Assembly (NCBI GenBank): GCA_002269645.1
Contig: NIVC01001089.1
Span: 124,001-188,000, forward strand
Origin: Macrostomum lignano
Lineage: Eukaryota
Direction: 5' to 3'
Length of the DNA: 64,000 nt
Both the position numbers and the translations under genes were made by a program. Under the pieces are notes generated by a model. The model was not told where the DNA came from, did no database searches, and worked only from the letters and a program-made list of their open reading frames with translations. Positions 1 through 11,568 of this stretch are shown in pieces (position 1 is the first letter of the stretch; each line of letters begins with the position of its first letter).

Positions 1-75
1 GGCGAATTGCATTGTAACAGTACAACTGCAGCAAGTTTCTAGTCAAGCTATCAAGCTATAATAGTTAATATTTAT

Positions 76-964
<889 letters not shown>

Positions 965-1554
965 TCGGACTCGAGCTCTCGCTTTCACACAACACACAAG
1001 ATTGTCCCGCTGCGACTTATGACGAGTGCAAATATCTCATTGAACTGTGCGCACTTTACTATGATGCTTCCAAGTATTTCCCTCCCCCGAGACCGACCGG
1101 CTACGAGCGATAGACAGAATCGAAGGAAGAAGAAGAGACGAGCCCCTCGGATGGGTTCTGCACGATCAATCCGATCGGTCGGCAAGCAAAAAGCAAAGCT
1201 GCCATCAGCAAATCTGGATGCCGTCAAGAAATGAATGAGAGAGAAGACGAGTGGTCCCCTCTCCAAACTTCTGCTAGCCACCGCTTCTCAATATTCGTCT
1301 TTCTTGACACTCCGAATAATAAATCGATGAGAACTCTGTCTTGTCTGATCAAGAAATGGAAAAATGGGACCGAACGCGGATGACAGCCTGATAGCAATAA
1401 ATTACCAGTGGCTAGTAAAGCTGACTCAGTGACTTTCGTGACTTTATAAATTACCAGACCGAATCAGTGGGGGTAGCAAAGTGATTTTTCACGTATTTTT
1501 CATTCGGCTGCTCAAAATTTGGATTTGGCTCTATTAGGCTACCGAGTATTTAGA

Positions 1555-1728
1555 TTAGGATTGAAGGGTTAGGATTGAAGGGTTAGGGTTGAAGGGTTAG
1601 TGTTGAAGGGTTAGGGTTGAAGGGTTAGTGTTGAAGGGTTAGGGTCGAAGGGTTAGGGTTGAAGGGTTAAGGTTGTAGAGTTGGGTTGAAAGGTTAGGGT
1701 TGTAGGGTTAGGGTTGAAGTGTTAGGAT
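1555..1728 (+). repeat. Telomere-like 14-bp minisatellite (GGGTTAGGGTTGAA)n
   Basis: About 12 imperfect units, each containing TTAGGG or a variant (TTAGTG, TTAGGA, TTAAGG). Confidence 0.85.
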
Positions 1729-1980
1729 CTTAGAAATTCCCCCAGTAAGCCTTGACATCTGTGCAGTTAAACTCGAGCCTTGAGAGCTCAGCAATTCCCC
1801 CTAGCCTTGCTGACAATTACGAAGCTTAGTCGACTGAGACAAAACAGCAACGGTCACACAGGGTATTGTCGAATATTTCTTTAAAATCTACTAAAGACTG
1901 CTTAGGGCAAAGCAAGTTCAAAAGAGAAGTTCACACAAATATAAACCGCTTGATGTAGCTTCAGCATCCGTTGGCCTCAC

Positions 1981-4900
1981 CTTAGACGTCGGCAGTATGA
2001 TGTAAACTATGCAGATTAGCGGCAGCAGCGGTGCGGCGATGAGAGAGAGGCCGACTTTCTTAGCGAGAGTCCAGGACTGCAGGAAAGCGGTCTCGGAGCC
2101 GTACCAGATGCTGGTGAGGTACTGCTGGCAGTTGGCGTGCGCCACGAACTGATTGGTGAAGGAAGGAGGTTGGTTAGGCCAGTAGCAAACGTGTTAGAGC
2201 AGAGATTGGCACGTCCGGTATGTCTTAATTTGCCTAAAGAAAGCTTCAAGCCTCAGATAGATCCTCAGCTTCCACAGCTTAATCATGTCTGGTGGGTTAG
2301 CATAATCTTACGGCTATATTAGGATAAATTGGAAAGTGTAGAGCCAAGATAGACAAGAACTTTTGGAAGCTGCTCTGCAAATGTTCTGCCACGTCAACCT
2401 GGAGCTGAAATTCACGATAATAAAGTCCTCGTATTCTAATCTTGAAAGTACATTTTTTAGGAAAAATTAGGCCTTCCATTTTTTTCGAGGAAAAGAAGCA
2501 GCATCCCATGCTTCTACTTGCCCCAGAGCATGACTTCTGTTGATTGAACTCAAGTTAGTAAGTAGCTAATCTAGTGGGTCAACTCAAATTTAGTGTAGCT
2601 TCTCTACAGTATATTCCTGCCAGTTCCCGGATGAAAAATTTAAATTGCTAACTCAAGTAATGAGGCAAGCTAAATTGAAGAATCTAATACCCTATGGGTT
2701 TTCAAGTAATGGAGTAGTCGTAGGCTATTAAATTTAAATGATTCCCCTATCGTGTCCGTTGCATGGACAACTGCAGTTGAAGGCCGCTGCAGGACATTCG
2801 GTTTTCTTAGAAATGGGCTGGAGGCCGGTAGGGAACGCGTGTTTGTTGTATCGCCAGTGCATTGGGGTATGCTCTGGAGAACGGGAATGGGCAGGTTGGG
2901 GTGAAGGTGAAGGTGAAGGTGAAGGGGAACGTGAACGTGAATGTGAAGGTGTAGGGGAAGGTGATGTGAATTCACACACTGAACAAGTTAATAAAGTGTC
3001 ACCTTCTTCTCCTGGTACCGAATCGCCATCCTAAGCCGACCCAGAGGATCCCGAACGTTCGCTCCGCAGACTTCAGTCTCCAAATTGTCGGAGATGACGG
3101 CTTCAACCTCCTGGGTGCCGCGGCAAAGGTCCATCATTTCGCAGGCAAAGTTCATGCACTGCTCGACTAAGGTCAGGTATTCGGTCTGGAAAAATACACG
3201 TCGAAGGAATGCATAATTGTTACGGAAACTTTTATCATCATCCCCTAATTTGATCGTTTAAAGTGCATTTTTGTTTGTAAACAAACGAACTTTAGGGAAA
3301 TCGTTGAAACAGATTCTATTAAAATTGCACTATAAAGCGTCGTTCTTATAATCCTTTGAAACTAAGGTTGGCGTGAAAATAGAGGAAAAGAGTCGGAGGA
3401 TAATTAGGCAGGAACGGGAGAAGAAGTCAGAGAGCAAAGCGGCTGAGTAGTCAAGGCTTGGATTCTAAGGTTGGTAGCTTTTAAAAGTGTGCACACACTA
3501 GAAAAGAGCAGCAGCCAGAGGGCCTGGGACGACACGAGAGAAAGCCAAGGGTCAGTGTAATTTGCTTAGGCCACTCGGGCGTGCGGACCGAGCGAGGCGG
3601 CTAGCGGAACAAGGAAAAGACGGAGGGACCGGCAGTTGTCAAGTATAGGGATTTAGCCCGGGTGGCTAAATTAGGTTACCACCGGCTGGGGCAGGGGAGA
3701 CACTTGGGGAGGGGGGGAGTCGCTCGGATGAAAAGCTCCTGACTGACGGAACCGAGAAGATCAAAGCTCAAAGTCCAGTCGCCGCCTGTTTGTAACTTAT
3801 TATTACTAGGCCTAGCTTAATACTACTTCACTACGATCGCTTTTTTCAATAATAAACAATCTGGTTTGCACCCAGTCACCATGGTATATTCTCGAAACCA
3901 GACGATGCACTTTAGTTTGTAATAAGGCGCTGGGGGCTTTTTGGACAGTACAGAAAGATATCAAAGAGGCAGTTAACCTGTCAGCCTAATTTGCAGGGCT
4001 GCGGACTCTCTGGCGCAATGCCTTCGGCGAAATTCTGTCCATTCCACTGACTCCTGACATGCAGTACGGCCTATTTTGCGTGGGTACGCACTCATACACA
4101 TGCTCTTTCTAATCGTCATCATCTCACGACAACCCACGACCAAATGAATTTGGTCGCTCACAGAATCGAACCTACTCACTTTGAATTCCTTCTCCACCTC
4201 AGCCAGCTTCATCATCTCCTGACGCAGCTCAAACGTGGTCATGATGGGGTCCGGGCTGCTCAGCGCCATGTAAGCCGGACTAGCGAGAGCTCTGTAGGCA
4301 TTCAGCCGAGACCGGGACCGTTTCAGCGAGTCGTAGTTCTGCTTAATCTGGCAGTCCTCGCACAGGCAGGTGATCACGTGCGGCTTCTCGATAGTGTGGT
4401 TGCGCGCGAGGAACATCTGGATGATCTCGTGGTTGTTGTAGTGGGCGGACAGGATCAGCGGGGTGATGTCCGGCGAGAACTGCGACTTCTCTTCCGTGCT
4501 GTGTGGGAATATTGGAAAAATAATGCAGGGAAGTTTAAAATTAGTCCATAAATGATTGACTGCTTATTAAAGGATAAAATGGTTATACATTTACTGGAGT
4601 AGCAATTCTTCCCATTTCGCTGACTCCTGAGCAGGCAACTACGCAGGCACACCACGCTCACATGTCACGTGGATTAAGAATCAAGCATTGAAAGGGATTC
4701 GCTGTGAAAGATTTGGCATAAAATTTTGTTAAGCACAGATTAAACTAGCTAATAAATAAATTTTAGAAGTTAAGCATTCGTACTTTAAAACTTCACTACC
4801 GTATTCTCTTAAACTAATTTGTCCTTATGCATTGGAAAGAGAATTAGTTCGAGACTCTCCAAAATGCTTAGTCTGAACCGCTTCGTCTGTCTGTCTCCAA

Positions 4901-6417
4901 TCTTCTATTTGAGTGGAAAAGCCAACAGAACTCCTTATAGCTTGATTAATCGTTTTCGCTGACTCCTGCACTGATCTCAGTGGCTGGAGAGTCCTGCTCA
5001 GTCATAACGGCGCACCCTTCAGTTGATGGATCATCCATGGGTCGTTTGTGAAAACTTCTCCGAGTCATTTCAGTTTTTTCCCTACAACTGTCCCTTTCTT
5101 CTCGAGAGAAAAGCTTTTAGAAGTTTCTCTAAAGCAATTGGTTTGAGTTTGAAATCATTAACTTTAGCCCGCTAAGTTTCTTAACTTTGTAAAGATTTTA
5201 AAGACAAAAAATTCTCATGATAGCCAGCTACTACTCTCGCAACTAAACCAAAGCAACACTTTTCTGAATATCCATCGTTGAAGCTAGTACATAGGCCTTG
5301 CTTATCAGCTTAAAGACTATAGATTATACTACTCAATAAGTCGCTTTAAATACTCTTTGGTTAGTAATGCATTGTATCAAAATGATCTCACCAAACACAT
5401 CCGTCCATATTCTAGGAAACTGTCAACTCACCAAACACATCCGTCCATATTCTAGGAAACTGTCAACTCACCAAACACATCCGTCCATATTCTAGGAAAC
5501 TGTCAACTCACCAAACACATCCGTCCATATTCCAGGAAACTGTCAACTCACCAAACGCATCCGTCCATATTCTAGGAAACTGTCAACTCACCAAACACAT
5601 CCGTCCATATTCTAGGAAACTGTCAACTCACCAAACACATCCGTCCATATTCTAGGAAACTGTCAGCTCACCAAATACATCCGTCCATCTTCCAGAAAAA
5701 CTTCAACTCACCAAACGCACCTGTACATATTCCAAGAAACAACCAACTCACCGGAAGAACGCGTTGTTATAATCCATCCGTTTGATCTTGTCCTCGCCAG
5801 CCATGTAGTTCGGATGCTCGATGATGGTGCGGACAATTTTAGTCAGGCCCTTGCTGATGGCGTGCAGCAGCGCCTCCTCGATGCACTCGAAACTGAGCTT
5901 GTCGCACAGCAGCTCAATGCAGTCCATGTTCTCCGAGTCCACAGCCAGGTGCAGCGCATTCCTGCCCATGTAGTCCACGCAGTTGACATTGAAGTGCGAG
6001 TTGTCCACCTCCTCGAGCGACTGCCGGATGACCCCGACGTCCCCGATGCCGGCCGCCTGCAGGTAGACCCGCTCCTCGTCCGTCAGCTGAAATGCGAAAG
6101 CGCATTCGTTCCACATTTCCGCCTCGCGTCTGTACTTTTCAGAGTGGCAGCCGGGGCCGCCAACTGCCGCGCACTCCGACATGTAACTGACGGTACGACG
6201 GATCTCCTTGACGCCAGCCGTTGACGACGTGTGCCACACCTGCGTGTTCACTGTCGACGGCGACGACACGTCATCTTCGGCGTCGTCAAGATCGTAGCCG
6301 AGATCGCGCAGCGTCGATCCGTCGAATGCGGCGTGGAAATTGTGGCGCCTGTTCATCGTCCCTGGGATTTCAGGCTCAGGCAGCGGCAGAGCAATGGGAG
6401 TTTTTACGCTTATTTGA
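1981..6417 (-). CDS. TRPC: TRPC-family (short transient receptor potential / trp-gamma-like) cation channel, N-terminal exons; 3' part lies left of the window
   Basis: Exons 6417-5752 (first Met at 6356), 4498-4180, 3185-3003 and 2148-1981, all with AG/GT ends and matching phases (2, 0, 0). Translation shows ankyrin repeats (VNCVDYMGRNALHLAVDSEN, EEALLHAISKG), FSPDITPLILSAHYNNHEIIQMFL, the TRP_2 segment (CLCEDC...DSLKRSRSRLNAYRALASPAYMALSSPDPIMTTFELRQEMMKLAEVEKEFK), then [25 protein letters not shown]. These are hallmark TRPC motifs. The paralogue cannot be assigned by eye. Confidence 0.93.
5387..5751 (-). repeat. 40-bp minisatellite starting at the TRPC donor site, ~9-10 units
   Basis: Plus-strand CTCACC (minus GGTGAG) recurs at exact 40-bp spacing from 5387 to 5747; unit ctcaccaaacacatccgtccatattctaggaaactgtcaa. 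Confidence 0.93.
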
Positions 6418-6555
6418 CTACCGGAGAAAATTGAGTGCCAAAGAAGAGGGCGGGAAGGGAGAGGCGGCAGAAAGGGAGAAAAAAGAGCAGAGCTGGGAAA
6501 CCGGATGACTGATTCTGGATTGGTCCGAGCAATGCTGCTATAATGGCATGCCAGA

Positions 6556-6591
<36 letters not shown>

Positions 6592-7179
6592 CCACTTCTT
6601 TGAAAGCCCGCGTGCCCTCGGCGACTGCTGCGAGTAAATGAAGTTACAAGTGCCTTCGTTTGGGCCTTCGCAACCTCCGACCTAGCAGCCGCGAAGCTAC
6701 GAGAGTAGCGGATTTACCCGAGCTGCTGGCATGAATAATCAAAATTCAACTCGTAGAAATTATTTTTAACCGAATTTTAGCACCGATAAGTTCAGATTTG
6801 ATTCAAAGCCCAGCTTTAGCCTGAACAGTGCAAGTACAAGTCTGATTTTTATCCAAGTTAAAGCGCCGTCCAAATCCTCTTTCCAAATTTGATGCAGGGA
6901 ATATATGGCTGCACTTGATAAAATAGCAGGATAACTTCAGGGTCAGGTTTTGCGCGACACTTGATTAATTAAACTTCTGCAGAAACAGAGCATTTTACAA
7001 CGGCAATTAAAGTGTTTGGTTGACCTGCTTTGGGAAACAACTTTGCGCAAATCTGCATGTATTTCTGGCGTAATGCCAGTGTTAATTGGACTTCAGAACC
7101 CTTACAGAATAGTTTTGCACGTATCATTTTTTGGTACTATTTTCTAGCTCTCGCTTGTATGCAGGCTGTAGAGACAAGA

Positions 7180-7690
7180 CAGAGAGAGGGCAGAGAGAGG
7201 GCAGAGAGAGGGCAGAGAGAGGGCAGAGAGAGAGCAGAGAGAGGGCAGAGAGAGGGCAGACAGAGGGCGGAGAGAGCGCGGGGAGAGAAGACAGAGAGAA
7301 GGAAGAGAGAGCAGAGAGAGGGCAGAGAGAGGGCAGAGAGAGGGCAGAGAGAGAGCAGAGAGAGGGCAGAGAGAGGGCAGAGAGAGGGCAGAGAGAGAGC
7401 AGAGAGAGGGCAGAGAGAGGGCGGAGAGAGCGCGGGGAGAGAAGACAGAGAGAAGGAAGAGAGAGCAGAGAGAGGGCAGAGAGAGGGCAGAGAGAGGGCA
7501 GAGAGAGAAGACAGAGAGAAGGAAGAGAGGGCAGAGAGAGGGCAGAGAGAGGGCAGACAGAGGGCGGAGAGAGCGCGGGGAGAGAAGACAGAGAGAAGGA
7601 AGAGAGAGCAGAGAGAGGGCAGAGAGAGGGCAGAGAGAGGGCAGAGAGAGAAGACAGTGAGAAGACAGAGAGAAGGCAGAGATAGCAGAG
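7180..7690. repeat. Purine-rich 11-bp minisatellite (GGGCAGAGAGA)n with a higher-order unit
   Basis: Direct reading; a longer block (gagagcgcggggagagaagacagagagaagg) recurs three times. Confidence 0.93.
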
Positions 7691-8649
7691 ACAATTGACA
7701 GTTGCAAAAAACCAAGTATCCATTATTTTATTTCTCTTATATTTTTTACTCAAACTAATCGTTACTCGCTACTACCCAATTCAGTTTAAGTAGCGAATTA
7801 TGAATGCCTTTTCAGCCGACAAGCCGGGCTTCAAATGCATCAGAATAGTGAGCCAGCTTCGATTAAAGAGGCTAATAAATCTGTCTCCGATTGCAAGAGT
7901 TTAGAGACCAACAAAATCTTATCGCTTAGCCTGAAAAACCCCTCCCAAAAGCAACCCATCTGCTGCCGCTTTGCCTCGCAGAGGGAAGGGTTCGCAGAAA
8001 CGCAAAAGAGCAAACAAAAGACTCACGCGAACGTCCTCGAAATTGGTGAACAGAGCGCCACTGCAGTTGCCCTGCTTAGCTGAGGACAAATTCGCTTTGC
8101 GACTCGACTCCGGCATTGAAAACTGGAAGGTCTGGTAGAACCTGCGGAGGGACATCGTTTGGGACATTTTTAACAACTGAAAGATAGACTTGTCACATGT
8201 TTTTAAAGTCTAAAGGTGCTGCATCAAGGAGCTTAGTTGGCTTTTTCTAAGCCGTCAACAGGTTAGCTCTGTCCACCAAAGAGCCGCTCTTGGATTTGGA
8301 AATGTTAAAGAAGTAGTTTCTTTAACAAGTTTTGTCATTGTTTGCAACCCGCTGAAGGCAGCTGTCAGTGAAGAGTCAGATTTTCAGACTATGCCTTTGT
8401 TTGCAGTAATTTTTTTCCTCTCCCGAGGAAGTGAAGTTATGAATAGAGATCTAGGCAAGACAGACGGAAGAAAACAGACAGATGAAGGTAAAGAGAGGCT
8501 GAGAGAGAAAGAGAGAGAGAGAGTAGAGAGAAGGTGGAGAGAGGGTACAGACGGTAAAGGGAGGATAGAGAAAGGGTAGAGTAGGTAAGAGAGAGGTTAG
8601 AAAGAGGTTAGAGATTGGGTCGAGAGATAGTAGAGAGAGGGTCGAGAGG

Positions 8650-9435
8650 GGGTACAGAGAGGGGTAGAGAGAAGGTAAAGAGAAGGGTACAGAGAGGGTA
8701 CAGAGAGGGTACAGAGAGGGTACAGAGGAGGGTACAGAGAGGGTACAGAGGAGGGTACAGAGAGGGTACAGAGAGGGTACAGAGGAGGGTACAGAGAGGG
8801 TACAGAGAGGGTACAGAGAGGGTACAGAGAGGGTACAGAGAGGGTACAGAGAGGGTACAGAGAGGGTACAGAGAGGGCACAGAGAGGTTACAGAGGGAGT
8901 ACAGAGAAGGTACAGAGAGGTTACAGAGGGAGTACAGAGAAGGTACAGAGAGGTTACAGAGGGAGTACAGAGAAGGTACAGAGAGGTTACAGAGGGAGTA
9001 CAGAGAAGGTACAGAGAGGTTACAGAGGGAGTACAGAGAAGGTACAGAGAGGGTACAGAGGGAGTACAGAGAAGGTACGAGGGAGTAGAGAGAGGGTACA
9101 GAGAGGGTACAGAGAGGGTACAGAGAGGGTACAGAGAGGGTACAGAGAGGGTACAGAGAGGTTACAGAGGGAGTACAGAGAGGGTACAGAGAGGTTACAG
9201 AGGGAGTACAGAGAAGGTACAGAGAGGGTGCAGAGAAGGTACGAGGGAGTACAGAGAGGGTACAGAGAGGGTACAGAGAGGGTACAGAGAGGGTACAGAG
9301 AGGGTACAGAGAGGGTACAGAGAGGGTACAGAGAGGGTACAGAGAGGGTACAGAGAGGGTACAGAGAGGGTACAGAGAGGGTACAGAGAGGGTACAGAGA
9401 GGGTACAGAGAGGGTACAGAGAGGGTACAGAGAGA
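8650..9435. repeat. 11-bp minisatellite (GGGTACAGAGA)n
   Basis: Direct reading. Confidence 0.95.
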
Positions 9436-9761
9436 GAAGAGAGAGGGCAGAGAACGGGACAAGGAAGTCAGTGTCAAAGAAGAAGAACAAAGCATCTCTC
9501 AAATCAATCGAGCGAACCTGAAAAATCGGCCTAGAAAAAATGTCCACTGCGTAATTTTTGTGCGGGAAAAAAACTTAGAAACGCATTTTCGATGCCGATT
9601 TCGGCAAGATAAACAGACAAAACAGACTTGACTCGCCCCCCTGCTGGGAAACTTCACTGCCAGCTGTGCAGCTCGGTCTCCAACCTGTTTGTTGAAATAA
9701 CAGCCAGGGAAGGGAAACCAGGATCACATGGGGAGGGGGGCTGCAGTGGCTCCCCCTCTAC

Positions 9762-9917
9762 CTGGCAGTCAATATCATTTTCTGAAGGGCCTGGTTACTC
9801 CGAGTTGAAGAGCTAGTCAAACTGAAATCAGATATTTCTGCAAACATTGGCAGAGGTATTTCTACTCCGGCTCTGAGCGCTGAATCCAAAGAACTTTTTC
9901 TTGACCGAACAGGGAAG
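9762..9917 (-). CDS. Candidate alternative or cassette 5' exon of TRPC (phase 2 to phase 2; internal Met at 9847)
   Basis: Acceptor tttctctgtttag|C, 156 nt open (FPVRSRKSSLDSALRAGVEIPLPMFAEISDF...KMILTA), donor AG|GTAGAG, phase compatible with the 6417 acceptor. No homology support. Confidence 0.3.
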
Positions 9918-10034
9918 CTAAACAGAGAAAGTTTAGATTTTCTGTTTAACATTGAGTCGTAAAAACTGTTTTGATTTTATTGCTAAACACAGATCTAATT
10001 CAAATTTCAAATTGAATGAATCTAAACTTTGTTA

Positions 10035-10870
10035 AGATCCCCATGACACTAAAGTCCCCTTGCATTGACTATAAAATCCCCATGACTCTGAGATCCCCAT
10101 GACTCTGAGATCCCCATGACTCTGAGATCCCCATGACTCTGAGATCCCCATGACTCTGAGATCCCCATGACTCTGAGATCCCCATGACTCTGAGATCAGC
10201 ATGACTCTGAGATCCCCATGACTCTGAGATCCCCATGACTCTAAAATCCCCATGTCTCTGAGATCCTCATGACTCTAACATCCACATGACTCTAAGATCC
10301 CCATGACTCTGAGATCCCCATGACTCTGAGATCCCCATGACTCTGAGATCCCCATGACTCTAAGATCCCCATGACTCTGAGATCCCCATGACTCTGAGAT
10401 CCCCATGACTCTAAGATCCCCATGACTCTAAGATCCCCATGACTCTGAGATCCCCATGACTCTGAGATCCCCATGACTCTGAGATCCCCATGACTCTAAA
10501 ATCTCCATGACTCTGAGATCCCCATGACTCTGAGATCCCCATGACTCTGAGATCCCCATGACTCTGAGATCCCCATGACTCTGAGATCCCCATGACTTTG
10601 AGATCCCCATGACTCTGAGATCCCCATGACTCTGAGATCCCCATGACTCTGAGATCCCCATGACTCTGAGATCCCCATGACTCTGAGATCCCCATGACTC
10701 TGAGATCCCCATGACTCTGAGATCCCCATGACTCTGAGATCCCCATGACTCTGAGATCCCCATGACTCTAAAATCCCCATGACTTTAAAATCCCCATGAC
10801 TTTAAAATCCCCATGACTCTGAGATCCCTCTGATGCTGAAATCCACACGATCTGAAATCCCCATGACATT
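10035..10870. repeat. 17-bp minisatellite (GAGATCCCCATGACTCT)n
   Basis: Direct reading. Confidence 0.95.
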
Positions 10871-10937
10871 AAAATCCCCACAGCAATAAAATCCCAATGA
10901 AACTGAAAGTCTCATAAATCTAAATCCCCCAGCTCAC

Positions 10938-11089
10938 CTATCCATAATCCCAGCAGCACCCCAGGTGTCAGTGGAGAACTCGCCAGTCCCAGCGGATGCC
11001 CCAGCAGATGCGGAAGCGGACTGCAGGTGAGGCCGGGCAGGGCTAAAAATATCCGGCCAGAGGTGATGCGACGGATGCCGGCTGTGCAT
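10938..11089 (-). CDS. Candidate alternative first coding exon of TRPC (MHSRHPSHHLW...GAAGIMD)
   Basis: ATG at 11089 with an upstream in-frame TAA, 152 nt (50 codons + 2), strong donor AG|GTGAGC in phase 2. Confidence 0.4.
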
Positions 11090-11568
11090 TTCGAACTTGA
11101 TAATTTCAGAAATTTATGAAGTTTTCTTCTGTTCTCTTCTGCTGCTTCTAGTAGAAATTTTATTTTTTTTTTTTTGATTTCAAGAGAGGGAGGGAGTGGC
11201 TTCTCAGTGGCTCGCGCAAACTCCCAATGACTGCCCATTGAGCAGCTTTTTATACTGAGTTGAATTCATTTCAACAAAAGCGCCAAGTTTATGCTGAGAA
11301 ACCTTATTCTCTTCCCGAGTTCAAAAAGTCTCTAATTAACTTTCAAATGGATTTATAAACCGACTCCGCCCATTATTGAGGCTGGATGCTATTTCCGAAT
11401 TAAGGCGGGATTTGAATATCACCGTTAGGATTTCGTGGAGGTTGCCTATTGACAAATAATATAATTATCAAGGATCTTCAGAAAAATTTTCTATTGTCAT
11501 TTTTCAATGGCCTTGTCAGAACTGAGAGTTGGAGCCCTAATTCATTACTGAGGCTTGAATAAGGTCCC

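Noticed and set aside
4144-6224. Plus-strand ORFs over TRPC exons, and other antisense ORFs over FAM149, the RTE element, RPS4 and Rab1
   Set aside because: Shadow ORFs from GC-rich codon usage on the opposite strand of recognised coding sequence.
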